Below, in pieces: positions 20,136-30,809 of a stretch of DNA of 64,000 nt; position 1 is the stretch's first letter; every line of letters starts with the position of its first letter. The stretch comes from Trueperaceae bacterium. GTDB taxonomy: Bacteria > Deinococcota > Deinococci > Deinococcales > Trueperaceae. The stretch is taken from positions 352,001-416,000 of the forward strand of contig CBDCDZ010000004.1 in assembly GCA_965215565.1 (NCBI GenBank). The letters run 5' to 3'. The notes beneath the pieces are model-generated. The model searched no databases and was not told where the DNA came from. It was given only the letters and a program-made list of their open reading frames with translations. Both the position numbers and the translations under genes were made by a program.

Positions 20136-20812
20136 TGCCTTAGCCGCGTCGCCAACTCAGGTCCAGACAAGGACCTGCCGTGACCCGCCGCGAGGGTAAA
20201 GGGCTCGAGTTCAGCGAGGCTCGAGACCGAACGTCGAGCTGCGACCCAGTCAGGCGTAAAGGGCGTAGGCGGGCGGCTCAGCTCGCGCGCGTGTGTAAGC
20301 TGGGATGTCCAAGAATCCAGGTTCATCGTAGCGAGCGCGTCGCCCGCGATGAGGGTCCGGTCCGCCTCGCGCCACAAGGACACATGACCGGGTGTGTGAC
20401 CCGGCGTGTGAACCGCACGCCACCCCGGTAGCCCCGGTACGCTGCCGTTCGTCGGGAGGGGCTGCACCCGAACACCGAAATCGTAACCGCGGTGCGGGAA
20501 GGCTCGAGACATCATCGCGAGTGCGCCGCCCACGGTCGGGTCTTGCGGCGGGTAGTCCGACGCGCCTGTCAAGTAGGACAGCTCGAGCAAATGTGCGTAG
20601 ATAGGAACGTCCCAGGTCCTGGCTAACTCGAGCGCCGTGCCCGCGTGGTCAAAGTGTCCATGGGTGAGCACGATGGCTTCAGGCTTAGCGCTCTGACCGT
20701 AGCGCTCTTCAGCCGCCTTGCGAAGATAGCGCTCTGAGTCGGGCAGCCCCGTATCGACCAAGACCCAGCCCCCCTGCGGCGCACCAACCAGATAAGCGTT
20801 GACAAAGACTAT
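20136..20812 (-). pseudogene. MBL-fold metallohydrolase truncated at both ends
   Basis: LTHGHFDHAG, HTPGHTPGH and IAGDA motifs; 3' end fused to IS5, no proper start. Confidence 0.85.
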
Positions 20813-20819
20813 GGGGGTC

Positions 20820-21378
20820 GGCCCTGCTGGACCTCGGGTGCGTGCTGGGTCTGAAAATGTGGAGCACGGCGTCCCAGGCTAAACATGAGGTCATAGCAAG
20901 ATACGGCGCGGCACCCATCGATTATCAGCGCGAAGACTTTGTAGCGCGGCTCGAACGCGACGTGCCAGGCGGTGTTGACCTTGTCGTAGACCCTATAGGG
21001 GGTGCTCACCTGGACCGCTCATGGCGAGTGCTGTATCGAGGCGGCGCGCTCGTGGCGACGGCGGCAATCGGTGCGCTGCACGGCGCGTCCGCTCTATCCA
21101 CGATCGGCGGCTTCACCAAGCTGTGGGTGCGTGACAAGCTGCCCAATGGGCGCTCAGCACTGCTCTTCAACGTGGTGGACTTTAACAAGGCGCATCTGGG
21201 AGCTTTAGCACAAGACCTCGAAGCCCTAATTAGCCATCTCAGAGCTGAACGTATCACGCCCCTCATCGCCGCGGAGTTGCCGCTGGAGCAGGCAGCTCGG
21301 GCGCAGCAGTTACTCATCACCTCGCGGGCGCGGGCGCGGGGGCGAGTCGTGCTGCGTCCTGACCTCGCCGCAGGATGA
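20820..21378 (+). pseudogene. C-terminal fragment of a zinc-binding/MDR oxidoreductase
   Basis: GVDLVVDPIGG, PLEQAARAQ and GRVVL motifs; GroES-like N-domain missing. Confidence 0.8.
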
Positions 21379-21394
21379 TCTGAAACTTGTGGGT

Positions 21395-21428
21395 TTTGTG
21401 CAGCGAACGCGCGCAACTCTTACAGAAC
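21395..21428. repeat. 34-bp palindromic module-boundary site S1
   Basis: TTTGTGCAGCGAAC GCGCGC AACTCTTACAGAAC. Confidence 0.8.
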
Positions 21429-21464
21429 GTAAAAACCTACTTTTGCAAGAGGTTTACGGTTTCT

Positions 21465-22730
21465 TTAGCTCTTCCAAGCCAGTATCAGCGCCGCTGTCCA
21501 CGCGAACGTATGCCCGCCCAGACCTTTACCCGTCTTAGGATCATAGTACTCAAAAATCTCCGTCTTCTCCGCGAGCGCGAGGCTGTCCTCTTTGATCTTC
21601 TGCGCCCACACCAAGAAGCCGTTTTCAGTCAGACCCTGATAAAGCATCCAATTGACGTTAATCCAAACTGGGCCGCGCCAGTAGCGTTGCGGTTCAAAAG
21701 CCGGGTCGAGCGGGCTCGTACTCGGCACGAGGTAGCGCACCTCGCCGTTCCAGGTTTCCAATACGTGGAGCATTTTCCGCGTCTGCGCCTCCGTTGCCAC
21801 GCCTGCATAAATCGGCATGAATCCCTCAAACGTGCGCACGCCGATGCGCTCGCCGCTGATGAGGTCTTTGGAGAAGAAAAAAGCCTCCTCTTCGTCCCAT
21901 AGCGATTGCAGAGCAGGTTTACTCAGGTCTAACCAACCTTCGATTTCAACCGTCTCCAGGTCAAAACGTTCGGCTAGCTCGAGCAAATCGCGGTCCGCGC
22001 GGTGCAAGATGGCGTTAAAGGCAACATCGACAACCTTAAAGGGTGACGCTTCATAGATTTTTTCAGGCTCATACTCGTGCTCGCGAAAGAGGTTGACGAG
22101 TCCGATATAGTGCTCGTACGCTTCACTGCCGGGGCGCTGCTCGGCGCTCACGTGCTCCGTGTCGCGGCGCTCACTCGGCAAAGACGCACGCGGCACACGC
22201 GCAAGTGCTTCGTCCCATAAAGGGCTGTTGTCCATCCCGCTCTCCCAAGGATGCAAGAGAGCGACGAGCCCGGTGCCCTTTGGGTCTCTAGCGCGGTAAA
22301 GCCAGCGGTGAAACTCGAGAATCTTAGGAACCAGTGCTTCGGCTTTCTCCTCCGCCAACGCCTTATCCTTGGCATTCTCAACAAGTTCTCGCACCACCGT
22401 CGCGAGAATCGGTGGCTGCGTGATGCCACTGCTCGCTACCTTACCCGAGCGCGACACCGGAACGCCCCACACGTCAGGGCCGGGAAAATAGCCCTTGCTC
22501 TCCTGGTGAAAGGCGATGTGCGGGACCATGCCATCTTGCCACTGCGCGGAGAGAAGCGTTTCAAGCTCAAGCCACGCTCTTTTCTCGTCAAACGTCGCCC
22601 AACCAAGCGCGACAAAGCCTGCGTCCCAGTTCCACTGGTAGGGATACAGGTCTGGCGCAGGGATGGTGTAGGAGCCGTGGTCGTTTGCACGGAGCACCTC
22701 TTCGCACCTCTTGATGAGTTCCGGCTTCAT
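21465..22730 (-). CDS. GH63/MGH1-like glycoside hydrolase (glucosyl/mannosylglycerate hydrolase-like)
   Basis: YPYQWNWD, SGITQPP, HPWESGMDNSP, YWRGPVW.N and FAWTAAL motifs. Confidence 0.9.
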   Translation of the reverse strand: MKPELIKRCEEVLRANDHGSYTIPAPDLYPYQWNWDAGFVALGWATFDEKRAWLELETLLSAQWQDGMVPHIAFHQESKGYFPGPDVWGVPVSRSGKVASSGITQPPILATVVRELVENAKDKALAEEKAEALVPKILEFHRWLYRARDPKGTGLVALLHPWESGMDNSPLWDEALARVPRASLPSERRDTEHVSAEQRPGSEAYEHYIGLVNLFREHEYEPEKIYEASPFKVVDVAFNAILHRADRDLLELAERFDLETVEIEGWLDLSKPALQSLWDEEEAFFFSKDLISGERIGVRTFEGFMPIYAGVATEAQTRKMLHVLETWNGEVRYLVPSTSPLDPAFEPQRYWRGPVWINVNWMLYQGLTENGFLVWAQKIKEDSLALAEKTEIFEYYDPKTGKGLGGHTFAWTAALILAWKS

Positions 22731-24010
22731 TCTTTGACGCCTCCCGCTGTGAGCCCACCGACCAGATACTTCTCAAACCAGAAGAAGAGCACCATAATAG
22801 GCACGGTAACAATGACTGCACCCGCCATCAAGAATTGACGCGGGACCTCTTGCGAATTCAAAGCGACCATCCCTCTCGAGAGCGTAAAAATCTCCGGCGA
22901 GTCCAAAAACATGAAGGCGAACAAAAACTCGTTCCAGGCGATCATAAAAACGTAGAGCCCAACCGAAGCGAGCGCGGGCACACTTAAAGGCAGCGTGATG
23001 CGCCAGATGACCCCTAAGCGCGTGCAGCCGTCAATCATGCCCGCCTCCTCTAAATCTTTAGGCAACGTCTGAAAGTAACTTCGCAGCATATAGAGCGCCA
23101 CGGGAATCGTCGTTGCAGGGTAGACGACCAAAAGACCAGGAAGTGTGTCGCGTAAACCGATCTGAGTGAAAACTGCATAGAGCGGCACGACCAACACGAT
23201 AGCCGGGAACATATAGATGAGCAAAATCGAGCGTGAGAGCATGTCGCGCCCCGGAAAGCGCAGCCGCGTCACGGCGTATGCGCCTAAGACCGCTAGCAAA
23301 AGGGTAATAATCACAGTGGCGACGGCGACTATCGTGCTGTTCAAGATGTAGCGGGCGAAGTCGAAGCGGACCAATACCTCGCGGTAGCCGACCAACAAGT
23401 TACCGAGTCCTTGCGAGAAGTCGATGCTCAAATTGGTGGGATCTTGTAAAAAGGTCGAGCGAGACTTGAGGCTCGAGGCGACCATGAAGTAGAAGGGAAA
23501 GACGACAACCGAGATAAAGAAGATAAAGCCAAAGCCGCGCAAAAGGCGCAAGGTGATGGTTTCATAGATGTTCGAGCCCGCCTCAGCCAAGTTGAGGTCG
23601 CGCAGGCCGTAGCGGGTTAAAAAGGCGGCAGCGCAGAAGGCGAGGGGCGCACCGATGACGCCCCATAAGACGCTGACCTCGCCGAAGCCGAGCGGTCTTA
23701 AACCTGTAAACACGAGCCAGAGCACGCCGACACCCGCGCCCACGGCGAGTGCGAACCAGAGCGGCGTCGTCTGTTTTCGGTTCTCCTCTTTGCGCATCGC
23801 GCTCAGCGTGAGTCCGATCACGAGACCGCTTAGAAGCGCCCAGCCGAGCGGCGTGCTGACCTCTAAGCGGCTAAAAATCACCGCGAAGAATGCCCACAGC
23901 AAGACGGCGGTCAGCGTCGAGAGTGCGCCCATCAGCGCGGCGATGGCGAAGCCCGTTACGGAGGGAAGGTTGCGGGGTGAGGTCTGGGTACGGGTTGCTT
24001 GTGCCATCAC
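22727..24010 (-). CDS. Sugar ABC permease with extra N-terminal TM segments
   Basis: LEEAGMIDG and WNEF motifs. Confidence 0.92.
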   Translation of the reverse strand: MMAQATRTQTSPRNLPSVTGFAIAALMGALSTLTAVLLWAFFAVIFSRLEVSTPLGWALLSGLVIGLTLSAMRKEENRKQTTPLWFALAVGAGVGVLWLVFTGLRPLGFGEVSVLWGVIGAPLAFCAAAFLTRYGLRDLNLAEAGSNIYETITLRLLRGFGFIFFISVVVFPFYFMVASSLKSRSTFLQDPTNLSIDFSQGLGNLLVGYREVLVRFDFARYILNSTIVAVATVIITLLLAVLGAYAVTRLRFPGRDMLSRSILLIYMFPAIVLVVPLYAVFTQIGLRDTLPGLLVVYPATTIPVALYMLRSYFQTLPKDLEEAGMIDGCTRLGVIWRITLPLSVPALASVGLYVFMIAWNEFLFAFMFLDSPEIFTLSRGMVALNSQEVPRQFLMAGAVIVTVPIMVLFFWFEKYLVGGLTAGGVKE

Positions 24011-25269
24011 TCACCCTCCGGGGTATAGCGGAAATAGATGACTATGAAAATTGCTAGGATGAAAAAGAGCACCACCGCCGTCGCCGCGCCCGCGCCGATG
24101 TCTGAGCGTCCAAAGGCGTTGTCATAGACCTGCACGGGCAGCGTCTCCGTCCCGGCTGCGCCGCCAGTCAAGAGGAACACGTCGTCGAACTTGTTAAAGG
24201 TCCAGATGAAGCGCAGCAAGAAGAGCGTCGCGACGATGCCCACGAGCTGCGGCAGGGTGATGTAGCGGAACTTCTGGAACGCGCCCGCACCGTCCACCTC
24301 GGCGGATTCGTAAAGCGCGTCGGGGATGGCTTGAAAGCGGGCGAGCACGAAGAGGAAAGCGAAGGGGAAGTAGCGCCACGCTTCAAAGGCGATGACGGTA
24401 GAAAGTGCAAGCGGGAAGCTAAATGAGAGCCCTAGCAAGCTCACCTCGAAGCTGCGCTGGCTCAGGAATGAGATGGGCTCGTGCATGAGGCCAAACTCTA
24501 AACCCAGCGCGTTCAAGCTGCCGCTAAAGGGGTCTAAAAAGAAGGTCCAGGTAAAGGCAACCGCGATCACTGGCGCGACGTAAGGAAAGAGGAAGAGCCC
24601 GCGCAAGAAGCCCTTGCCGAAGAACTCACCCTGCAAGAGCTGCGCGGCGAAAACGCCTAACAAAATCGAGCCGCCCGTGCCGAAAAGCGTGTACGCGAGC
24701 GTCGTCCACAGCACAGGCCAGAACTCGCGCCCGGAGAGTACGAAGCGGAAGTTTTGAAGTGTGAAGTTGAAGTTCGTCAGCACGTTGCTGGCGTCGCCGC
24801 TCAGAGTCGGTTGGGTTGGGGCACGCTGATCGATACTATCCGCGAAAAATGCTTTACTCGTCTCGAAGGAGAACGCCACGTTCTCGCTGTAGCCGCCCTC
24901 CCACTCGCCAAAGTCGCAGATTAGCGAGCGCCCGTCCACGCTACACGCTTCGGGCAACTCTGTCGGCGTCAGCCCGTCGGCGAGTTGCGCCTCTAACGTC
25001 ACGTTGCGAATCGTCACGTCGGGGCTGCTATTGCGCATCAAGTAGCGCACCTCTAAGGGGTCGCCAGGATTTTTGACGGACACCGCCCGCTCGCGCACCA
25101 CAGGTACAGGTGGGCGCAGGTCGCCCAGTTCGATGTTCTTGAAGCTGATCCAGAAGTTTGCCAGCACCGGGAAGATGACCACGGCAAAAACGATCAAAAA
25201 GGTCGGCGCGAGCATCCAGAAGGCGAGGCGCGCCTCGCGTTGGCTGAGACTTTGTTGTTGCTGGTCCAT
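24007..25269 (-). CDS. Sugar ABC permease with a large extracytoplasmic insertion
   Basis: ESAEVDGA motif; about 120-aa soluble insert after TM1. Confidence 0.92.
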   Translation of the reverse strand: MDQQQQSLSQREARLAFWMLAPTFLIVFAVVIFPVLANFWISFKNIELGDLRPPVPVVRERAVSVKNPGDPLEVRYLMRNSSPDVTIRNVTLEAQLADGLTPTELPEACSVDGRSLICDFGEWEGGYSENVAFSFETSKAFFADSIDQRAPTQPTLSGDASNVLTNFNFTLQNFRFVLSGREFWPVLWTTLAYTLFGTGGSILLGVFAAQLLQGEFFGKGFLRGLFLFPYVAPVIAVAFTWTFFLDPFSGSLNALGLEFGLMHEPISFLSQRSFEVSLLGLSFSFPLALSTVIAFEAWRYFPFAFLFVLARFQAIPDALYESAEVDGAGAFQKFRYITLPQLVGIVATLFLLRFIWTFNKFDDVFLLTGGAAGTETLPVQVYDNAFGRSDIGAGAATAVVLFFILAIFIVIYFRYTPEGE

Positions 25270-25365
25270 CCTCGAGCCTCCTCAGTGAGATTTGAGGTTC
25301 TGTGCCCCGGGCTGTTAGCTAAAAACAAAAGCTAAGATGCTTCGTGCGCGTCTCTATACGCGCAC

Positions 25366-26706
25366 TCAGTTCTGCTGCAGCGCCCGCACCTCTTCCTGAA
25401 TCCTCGAGACCGCCTCCTCTACCGAGAATTCACCATCAGTGAACTGCCGGACGATCTCCGCCATAATCCGCGTGTCGTAAAGCTGCGAGGTCAGCTCGCC
25501 GTAGCCTTGACTGTAGCCCCAGCGCGTGCCCGTTTCCAAGCCTTCGACGAGGTCTTGAATCGTCTCCGCTTCATAGAACTCGCTTAGGGGCGCGCGGCGG
25601 TCCACGCCGACCTCTAGGTTCGACCAGGCGTTGATGAACTGCTCAGAGTTGTCTTGGGTGCCGCGCCGTTGCGGGAACTTACCCTCCGCCGCCATACCGA
25701 GTGTTTGGTCGTACGCTTCGGAGAGGGAATATTCCACGAACTGCCGCGCCGCCTCGAAGTCCGCGTCTACGGTGATGCCAAAGTAGCGCACGTCCGTCCA
25801 ACCTGCGCCCTCTTTATTGCTCGGACCGGATAAGCGAGTCACGAAGCCCGAGTCCTGGGCGAGTTGTGGGCTGGTGGGGTCGTCTACCGCCGTCACGGGC
25901 ACCTCGTTACGCAATCCAGCGAGTTCGTCTAGGATGAAGGGCGACCAGATAATCATGGCGGCGCTGCCCGCGAAGTATAGCTCGCGTGACTGCTGCCAGT
26001 AGAGGTTGCCAGGCGGACTCGCCTCGACCAAGTCTTTGTAGAACTCGAGCGTCTCGGTGAGCTTTTCCGTGTCGAGCGCGATGTTACCCTGGTCGTCCAC
26101 CAAGTTCACGCCGTTGGCGAGCGCGATGTGCTCGAAGACCTGCATCATGTAGCCCTCGCTGGGGTCGGTGGCGGCGACGAAGCCGTACATGTCGGGCGGG
26201 CTATGCAAGGCTTCAATCGCGGCGCGAATAGCTTCGTAACTCGTGGGCGGCTCTAAGCCTGCCTCTTCAAAGAGGTCTTGGCGGTAAACTAGAAGCTGCG
26301 TCCAGCCGTCAACGGGCACGGCAGCATAGCCATCCTCGACTTCAACTAAATTAAGTGCACCCTCGTAAAAGGTGTCCGCACCAAGCGTCTCGATGGCTTC
26401 GGCGGCGCTAAAGGGGTCTAAAATGCCCGCGCTCGCCCAGCCCAAAGTGTAGTTGAGCGGATGGTAAATCACGTCGGGCAGTTCGCCCGCGGCGAAGGCG
26501 GCGGTGACGCGCTCGCCCATCTGGGTTTCGGTTACAGGGATAACCTCGACGCTGACGCCCGTTTGCTCCTGGAAATCTGAAGCGATGTTGCGCTGCACCT
26601 CCAAGCGCTCAGGTTGCTCCTCGGTAGTCCAGAGGACGAGTTGGGCGGAGGCTACACTGCTTGCGAATAGAGCTATGGCGATGGCGACGCTTAGAAACTT
26701 CTTCAC
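25366..26706 (-). CDS. Sugar ABC substrate-binding protein
   Basis: Signal peptide, LPDV and YRQDLF motifs. Confidence 0.93.
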   Translation of the reverse strand: MKKFLSVAIAIALFASSVASAQLVLWTTEEQPERLEVQRNIASDFQEQTGVSVEVIPVTETQMGERVTAAFAAGELPDVIYHPLNYTLGWASAGILDPFSAAEAIETLGADTFYEGALNLVEVEDGYAAVPVDGWTQLLVYRQDLFEEAGLEPPTSYEAIRAAIEALHSPPDMYGFVAATDPSEGYMMQVFEHIALANGVNLVDDQGNIALDTEKLTETLEFYKDLVEASPPGNLYWQQSRELYFAGSAAMIIWSPFILDELAGLRNEVPVTAVDDPTSPQLAQDSGFVTRLSGPSNKEGAGWTDVRYFGITVDADFEAARQFVEYSLSEAYDQTLGMAAEGKFPQRRGTQDNSEQFINAWSNLEVGVDRRAPLSEFYEAETIQDLVEGLETGTRWGYSQGYGELTSQLYDTRIMAEIVRQFTDGEFSVEEAVSRIQEEVRALQQN

Positions 26707-27384
26707 GGTTCACGCTCCTTACATTTTGTTTGGTACAGATTAACAGAAAAAGGCGTGAAGGAATAAATTTTCGGCACGAGGTTCGTACACACTGCGAGCG
26801 TGAATAGAACCTCTTTATGTGTCGCTGCGAATTTCTGGAGACTCTTCGGAGTGCTGTCTTCCGAAGCTTAGGAGAAGCGGGATGTAAGAAGCGTATAAAG
26901 TTATACTAACCTGATTCAAGGATGTCGTAAATTGAGAGCGTCTGAGGGTACGCGCTCACGCGCGGTTTAGATGTCGTACTTTTGACATCTAAACCTCACT
27001 TTAGTATTAGAGTTCTATGGGAGTGGGCTTGGCTTATTTCCTCGGACAGCCGAAGTATACAGCTAAGCGGCTAAGCTCATCTCCTGATTCTCTATAGGTT
27101 GTTGCGACAACTCGAACGTGTTGGGCGTTTCGTAGTTGAGCGAGCTATGCAGTCGTTCGCGGTTGTAATAGACCTCGTTATACTCGAACACTGCGACGCG
27201 AGCGTCATCACGGGTGGCAAAGCGCCCTACTGGGCAGACAAATTCGCGCTTTAAGGTTGACTAAAAGCTCTCGATCACCGCGTTGTCGAAGCACGCCCCT
27301 TTTCCAGCGAAGCTCGGCGGCATCTCATATGCGCGAAGTTCACGCTGATAGGCGTAAGAAGTGTATAGGCTACCTTTGCCGCCT

Positions 27385-27462
27385 AGGTGAAGGCATAGGT
27401 CAGAGCGAAGCTCAAAGCACCTTGTGCTTCACCTATAGAGCCTTTGAGCTTTGCTCTAACCT
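27385..27462. mobile_element. AGGTGA...TAACCT mini-element with an inverted family member nested inside (27397-27434)
   Basis: AGGTGAAGGCAT[AGGTCAGAGCGAAGCTC...TTCACCT]ATAGAGCCTTTGAGCTTTGCTCTAACCT. Confidence 0.8.
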
Positions 27463-27529
27463 TGTGGGTCAAGCCGGGCGGGGCTTGCGCCGGGTCGCGG
27501 CTGAACGCAAGGCTTGTGACACCAAGTCA

Positions 27530-27631
27530 TACCAGTCTGAAAAAGGGGTGTCGCAACGTGAGGGCGTCCGAAGTCACGCTCATAGAGCGTTTAAGGATGT
27601 CACGTTGCGACACCCTTAAATCACTTTGGTA
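27530..27631. mobile_element. 102-bp MITE (TACCA...TGGTA) with TCA target duplication
   Basis: Internal IR GGGTGTCGCAACGTGA/TCACGTTGCGACACCC; removal restores the IS3 sequence. Confidence 0.85.
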
Positions 27632-27789
27632 TCAGTTTTCATACTATCGGCTATCGCGTAGCCAACGATACGCTTCGAAAAACCGTCCATGACGCCCACC
27701 AGGTAGAGCTCGAATGATCAAAGCCCGGCCCTTCAGACCTAGTTTCCAGCCCTCGGCGGTCGGCAGATACGCAATATCGACTACCGTGC

Positions 27790-28059
27790 TATTCGGCCTG
27801 GGTGAGCGCCGCACCCGGGCTCGTCGAGAGGATACGCACCTCGGGCAGGTACGCGCGGGTGCTGCGCGTAACGTCGTGCGACCCGCCCAACGCGCGGGGC
27901 TGGCTGAACTTAGATATCCTCTTCGAGGTGGTATGGGAGGCGTGCGAGTGCCTATACCTACTCAGCTTCGGTCTGGTTGTCGAGGTGGTGGAACCTTCAG
28001 CCCTGCGCGCGTGGGTTGCAGAGGCGGCTAAGGCGACGGCGGAGCTGTATCGCCGGTGA
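27790..28059 (+). pseudogene. C-terminal fragment of a WYL/YafY-type regulator
   Basis: LLSFG..VEVVEP..LR...AE.A.....LY C-terminal motif only. Confidence 0.65.
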
Positions 28060-28149
28060 GTTCGTCGCTAGCTCATACTCTATAGAGGGGCGCAGTGTAT
28101 GCGTGACAGTTCGGTAAGCACGTTTCGTTAGCGGGTAAGCTTTCGTACG

Positions 28150-28183
28150 CTTCTGCGGCAGACGCGCGCGTTAGCTGCAGAAT
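28150..28183. repeat. 34-bp site S2
   Basis: CTTCTGCGGCAGAC GCGCGC GTTAGCTGCAGAAT. Confidence 0.88.
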
Positions 28184-28227
28184 AAACCTCTATGCTCTTA
28201 GCTTGAGGAACAAAAAGTGAACACATA

Positions 28228-28256
28228 TTGACCTATTATAATGCACGTCCTATACT
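28228..28256 (+). promoter_or_regulatory. Promoter of TA operon 1 (probably leaderless)
   Basis: TTGACC-17-TATACT, ATG 5 nt downstream. Confidence 0.7.
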
Positions 28257-28261
28257 AAGCT

Positions 28262-28633
28262 ATGGCAACAAGCTTGCTCGACCATACGCTTCTCAGCGCA
28301 CACGACCCCGCAACGGGCCGTTATGACGCCAAACTTTTAGCCGACGTTCTCGCTGTCTCTCAGAAAGAGATGGCAAAGGTTGTTAGCTACACACCGCGAG
28401 GACTCGGCAAAAACCCCGCCTCACCCCACCTACAACCGCAACTGGAGCGGCTCGTCAAGCTCGTCACGACGCTACGCGAGCTTCTCGACGGGGATATGAG
28501 TTTAGTGCGCGTCTGGCTCAAAGCGCCTCATCCGGCCCTAGGAAACGCGAAGCCGCTCGATTATCTCATGGAGGGCCACCTCGACCTTGTCGAAGGGCTC
28601 GTCTACGCGATTGAGACCGGGCAACCTGATTAG
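28262..28633 (+). CDS. Xre/MbcA/ParS-type antitoxin
   Basis: WLKAPHPALG..KPLDYL C-terminal motif; overlaps the RES gene. Confidence 0.88.
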   Translation: MATSLLDHTLLSAHDPATGRYDAKLLADVLAVSQKEMAKVVSYTPRGLGKNPASPHLQPQLERLVKLVTTLRELLDGDMSLVRVWLKAPHPALGNAKPLDYLMEGHLDLVEGLVYAIETGQPD

Positions 28634-29205
28634 TGCTCGATACTGAGAAGCTCGCGCTTGCCCTCCGTAATCTCCAGCCGACGCCTTTAACGCAAACTTT
28701 CTTCCGCATTATCCACGCGAAGTACGCCTCCACTGCTCTTTCCGCAGTGGGATCGTATCGTTTCGGCGGACGCTACAACCCAGCAGGCACGTTCGAGGTG
28801 CTCTACCTAGCCGACAATCCGGTTACAGCTCTGGAAGAGGTCGAAGCGCTGCTGCGCACCAACGACGACCTCAAAGGTGTTAAGGGACCACCGAGGATCG
28901 TGTTGTCAGTCGAGTGCGCACTTCAGCGTGTCGTTCAGCTTGGTGAAAGCGCACTGCGTAACCTCGAGCTTTCAGTTGAGGACGTCACCGGGCCGTGGCG
29001 CGAGAGCTTGAGGCGCAACCAAACCCCAATGACCCACCAGATAGGGCAAATCAGCTTCGAGCGGGGCGACGTTGAGGCGCTGCTCGCACCTTCTGCAAAG
29101 AACCCGGCAACCTCAAACCTCATAGTGTTTCCGGATAGATTGATGGAAGGTAGTGCTTTACGAGTCTTTGATGACTCCGGCATGATTGACGCGCGTCTAC
29201 CATAA
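28633..29205 (+). CDS. RES-domain toxin (NAD+ phosphorylase family)
   Basis: GGRYN, LYLA....TALEE and PSA motifs. Confidence 0.9.
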   Translation: MLDTEKLALALRNLQPTPLTQTFFRIIHAKYASTALSAVGSYRFGGRYNPAGTFEVLYLADNPVTALEEVEALLRTNDDLKGVKGPPRIVLSVECALQRVVQLGESALRNLELSVEDVTGPWRESLRRNQTPMTHQIGQISFERGDVEALLAPSAKNPATSNLIVFPDRLMEGSALRVFDDSGMIDARLP

Positions 29206-29234
29206 CCAAACCCATTGATCGAGAACTGACTGCT

Positions 29235-30119
29235 TCACTGCGGAAAATGTCTCCTGTAGAGCATCTGCCTAGATTCCCCGGATAGGTTGACGTAAAGCTG
29301 CGTCGTGGTAGGCGAGGCGTGCCCGAGGATGGACTGCACCGCTGCGATAGGTGCACCTTGATTTAAGAGCAGCGTGGCGAGGGTGTGGCGCAAGACGTGC
29401 GGCGTCACCTTTTCCTCTAAGCCGCACCGCTCGGTGACCTGCTTGAAAATACGCTGCATCTGTGAGGTGCTGAGGCGCTGATGTTGCAGCGTTTCATCCT
29501 CCTGTCGCCTGCGACGTTTTGTCACGAAGAGTGCTAAAGCGCTGTCCGAGCGACTGTCCAGATACCGCCTGAGCCACAGCGCCGCTTTCGCCCCGAAGTA
29601 CACCTCGCGCTCCTTATTCCCTTTGCCAAGAACCACAACACTCCGGCGTGACCAGTCGAGGTCAATGCGGTCAAGTTGATGAATTTTGCTAACCCTGCAG
29701 CCAGTCGCAAAAAAGAACTCAACGAGGGCGTGTTCCAATAAACTCTCGCAGGCGTCACGCAGTAGTTCTACTTCTTCGACAGATAGAGCCTTGGGTATCC
29801 GTGCGGGCAGGCGCGGCTCTCGCAGTTTCAGTGCAGGATTCCGCTCGAGAATCTCCTCCTCATAGAGTCACTTGAAAAACGCTTTGAGCGCTCGTACCTT
29901 GTTTGCCAAACTCGAGGTCTGCAAGTGCGTTAGGCTCGTGAGGTGAGCGCGCAGGTGCTCGAGCTTAATCGTCTGAACGGCAGTATCTACGTCCAAGTCA
30001 AGAACTAAGCCCTGCAAGTGCAACTTATAGGAGTAGAGCGTCTTGTTGCTATAGCCATCTAGCTTCTGGGCTTTCAGGTACGTGCGGATGCAGCTTACTA
30101 GGGTGAAATCCTCTTTCAT
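29235..30119 (-). pseudogene. Second copy of the XerD-like tyrosine recombinase, nonsense mutant
   Basis: Colinear with 37675-38565; TGG>TGA at 29868-29870; RVSE>RVSK. Confidence 0.93.
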
Positions 30120-30183
30120 GAGAAACCTCCAAGCCATAGTCTGTACGGCGATTTACTTTGTATCGTGCTTGAAAGGCAGTAGT

Positions 30184-30217
30184 TTTCTGCGATGACCACG
30201 CGCTGAAAATTTCGCCA
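30184..30217. repeat. Degenerate 34-bp site upstream of the pseudo-recombinase
   Basis: TTTCTGCGATGACC ACGCGC then a decayed arm; 65 bp from the ATG, versus 66 bp for S5. Confidence 0.65.
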
Positions 30218-30314
30218 ACCTAAATGCGAAATACCTAGCCATCCAACCTCGCGTTCCTCACATGCAAGTAACGCCTCTTGCAAAATCAAGTATACTGAGG
30301 TCAAGGAGGCTGTC

Positions 30315-30809
30315 ATGGCTGCAAGTACCCCTCAAGCAACCTTGATTGATACGGATACGTTCTTTCAGACCCTTTCGGCGGATAAACCTAATGTGGTCAA
30401 GCGCAAAACCTTTGAGGCCGTTACGGGGCTCGACTACTACGCGCTTGACACCATCTGGCTCAGACAGGGTGAGATACCCGTGCGTCTCTCAGCTAGAGCG
30501 ATGATGACTAACCTAGGTACGCTCCTGGACCTTCGTAGCAAAGAGGTCGCGTCACTCCTCGGCGTTAGCGAGTCTCGCGTCAGTCGTAACAACCAGGTGA
30601 CGCTCGCCATGCTCGACCGCGCTGAAGGGGTCAGTGATACCTTCTCTAAGGTCGCCGCCGTGCTCGGCTTCGAGCACGCACGTGACTGGTTCAAATCACC
30701 CAATTCGGCTTTGGAGGGCGCAGCGCCTTACACGTTACTGAGCACCCACTATGGGCAAAAGAAGGTCGATAACCTGATCGCCGCACTCCTCAATGGGGCG
30801 GTTATTTGA
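30315..30809 (+). CDS. Xre/MbcA/ParS-type antitoxin
   Basis: WFKSPNSALEG.AP..LL.T..G motif. Confidence 0.88.
   Translation: MAASTPQATLIDTDTFFQTLSADKPNVVKRKTFEAVTGLDYYALDTIWLRQGEIPVRLSARAMMTNLGTLLDLRSKEVASLLGVSESRVSRNNQVTLAMLDRAEGVSDTFSKVAAVLGFEHARDWFKSPNSALEGAAPYTLLSTHYGQKKVDNLIAALLNGAVI

Larger units (their letters stand above)
27024..27785 (-). mobile_element. IS3-family remnant homologous to 61147-61690, with multiple small insertions
   Basis: End TGGGCTTGGCTTA..CCTCGGACA and colinear similarity to the orfB 3' region of 61147-62492. Confidence 0.85.

Noticed and set aside
19814..20761. Novel MBL-transposase fusion protein (315-aa ORF)
   Set aside because: Chance in-frame junction between a truncated MBL gene and an IS5 remnant.
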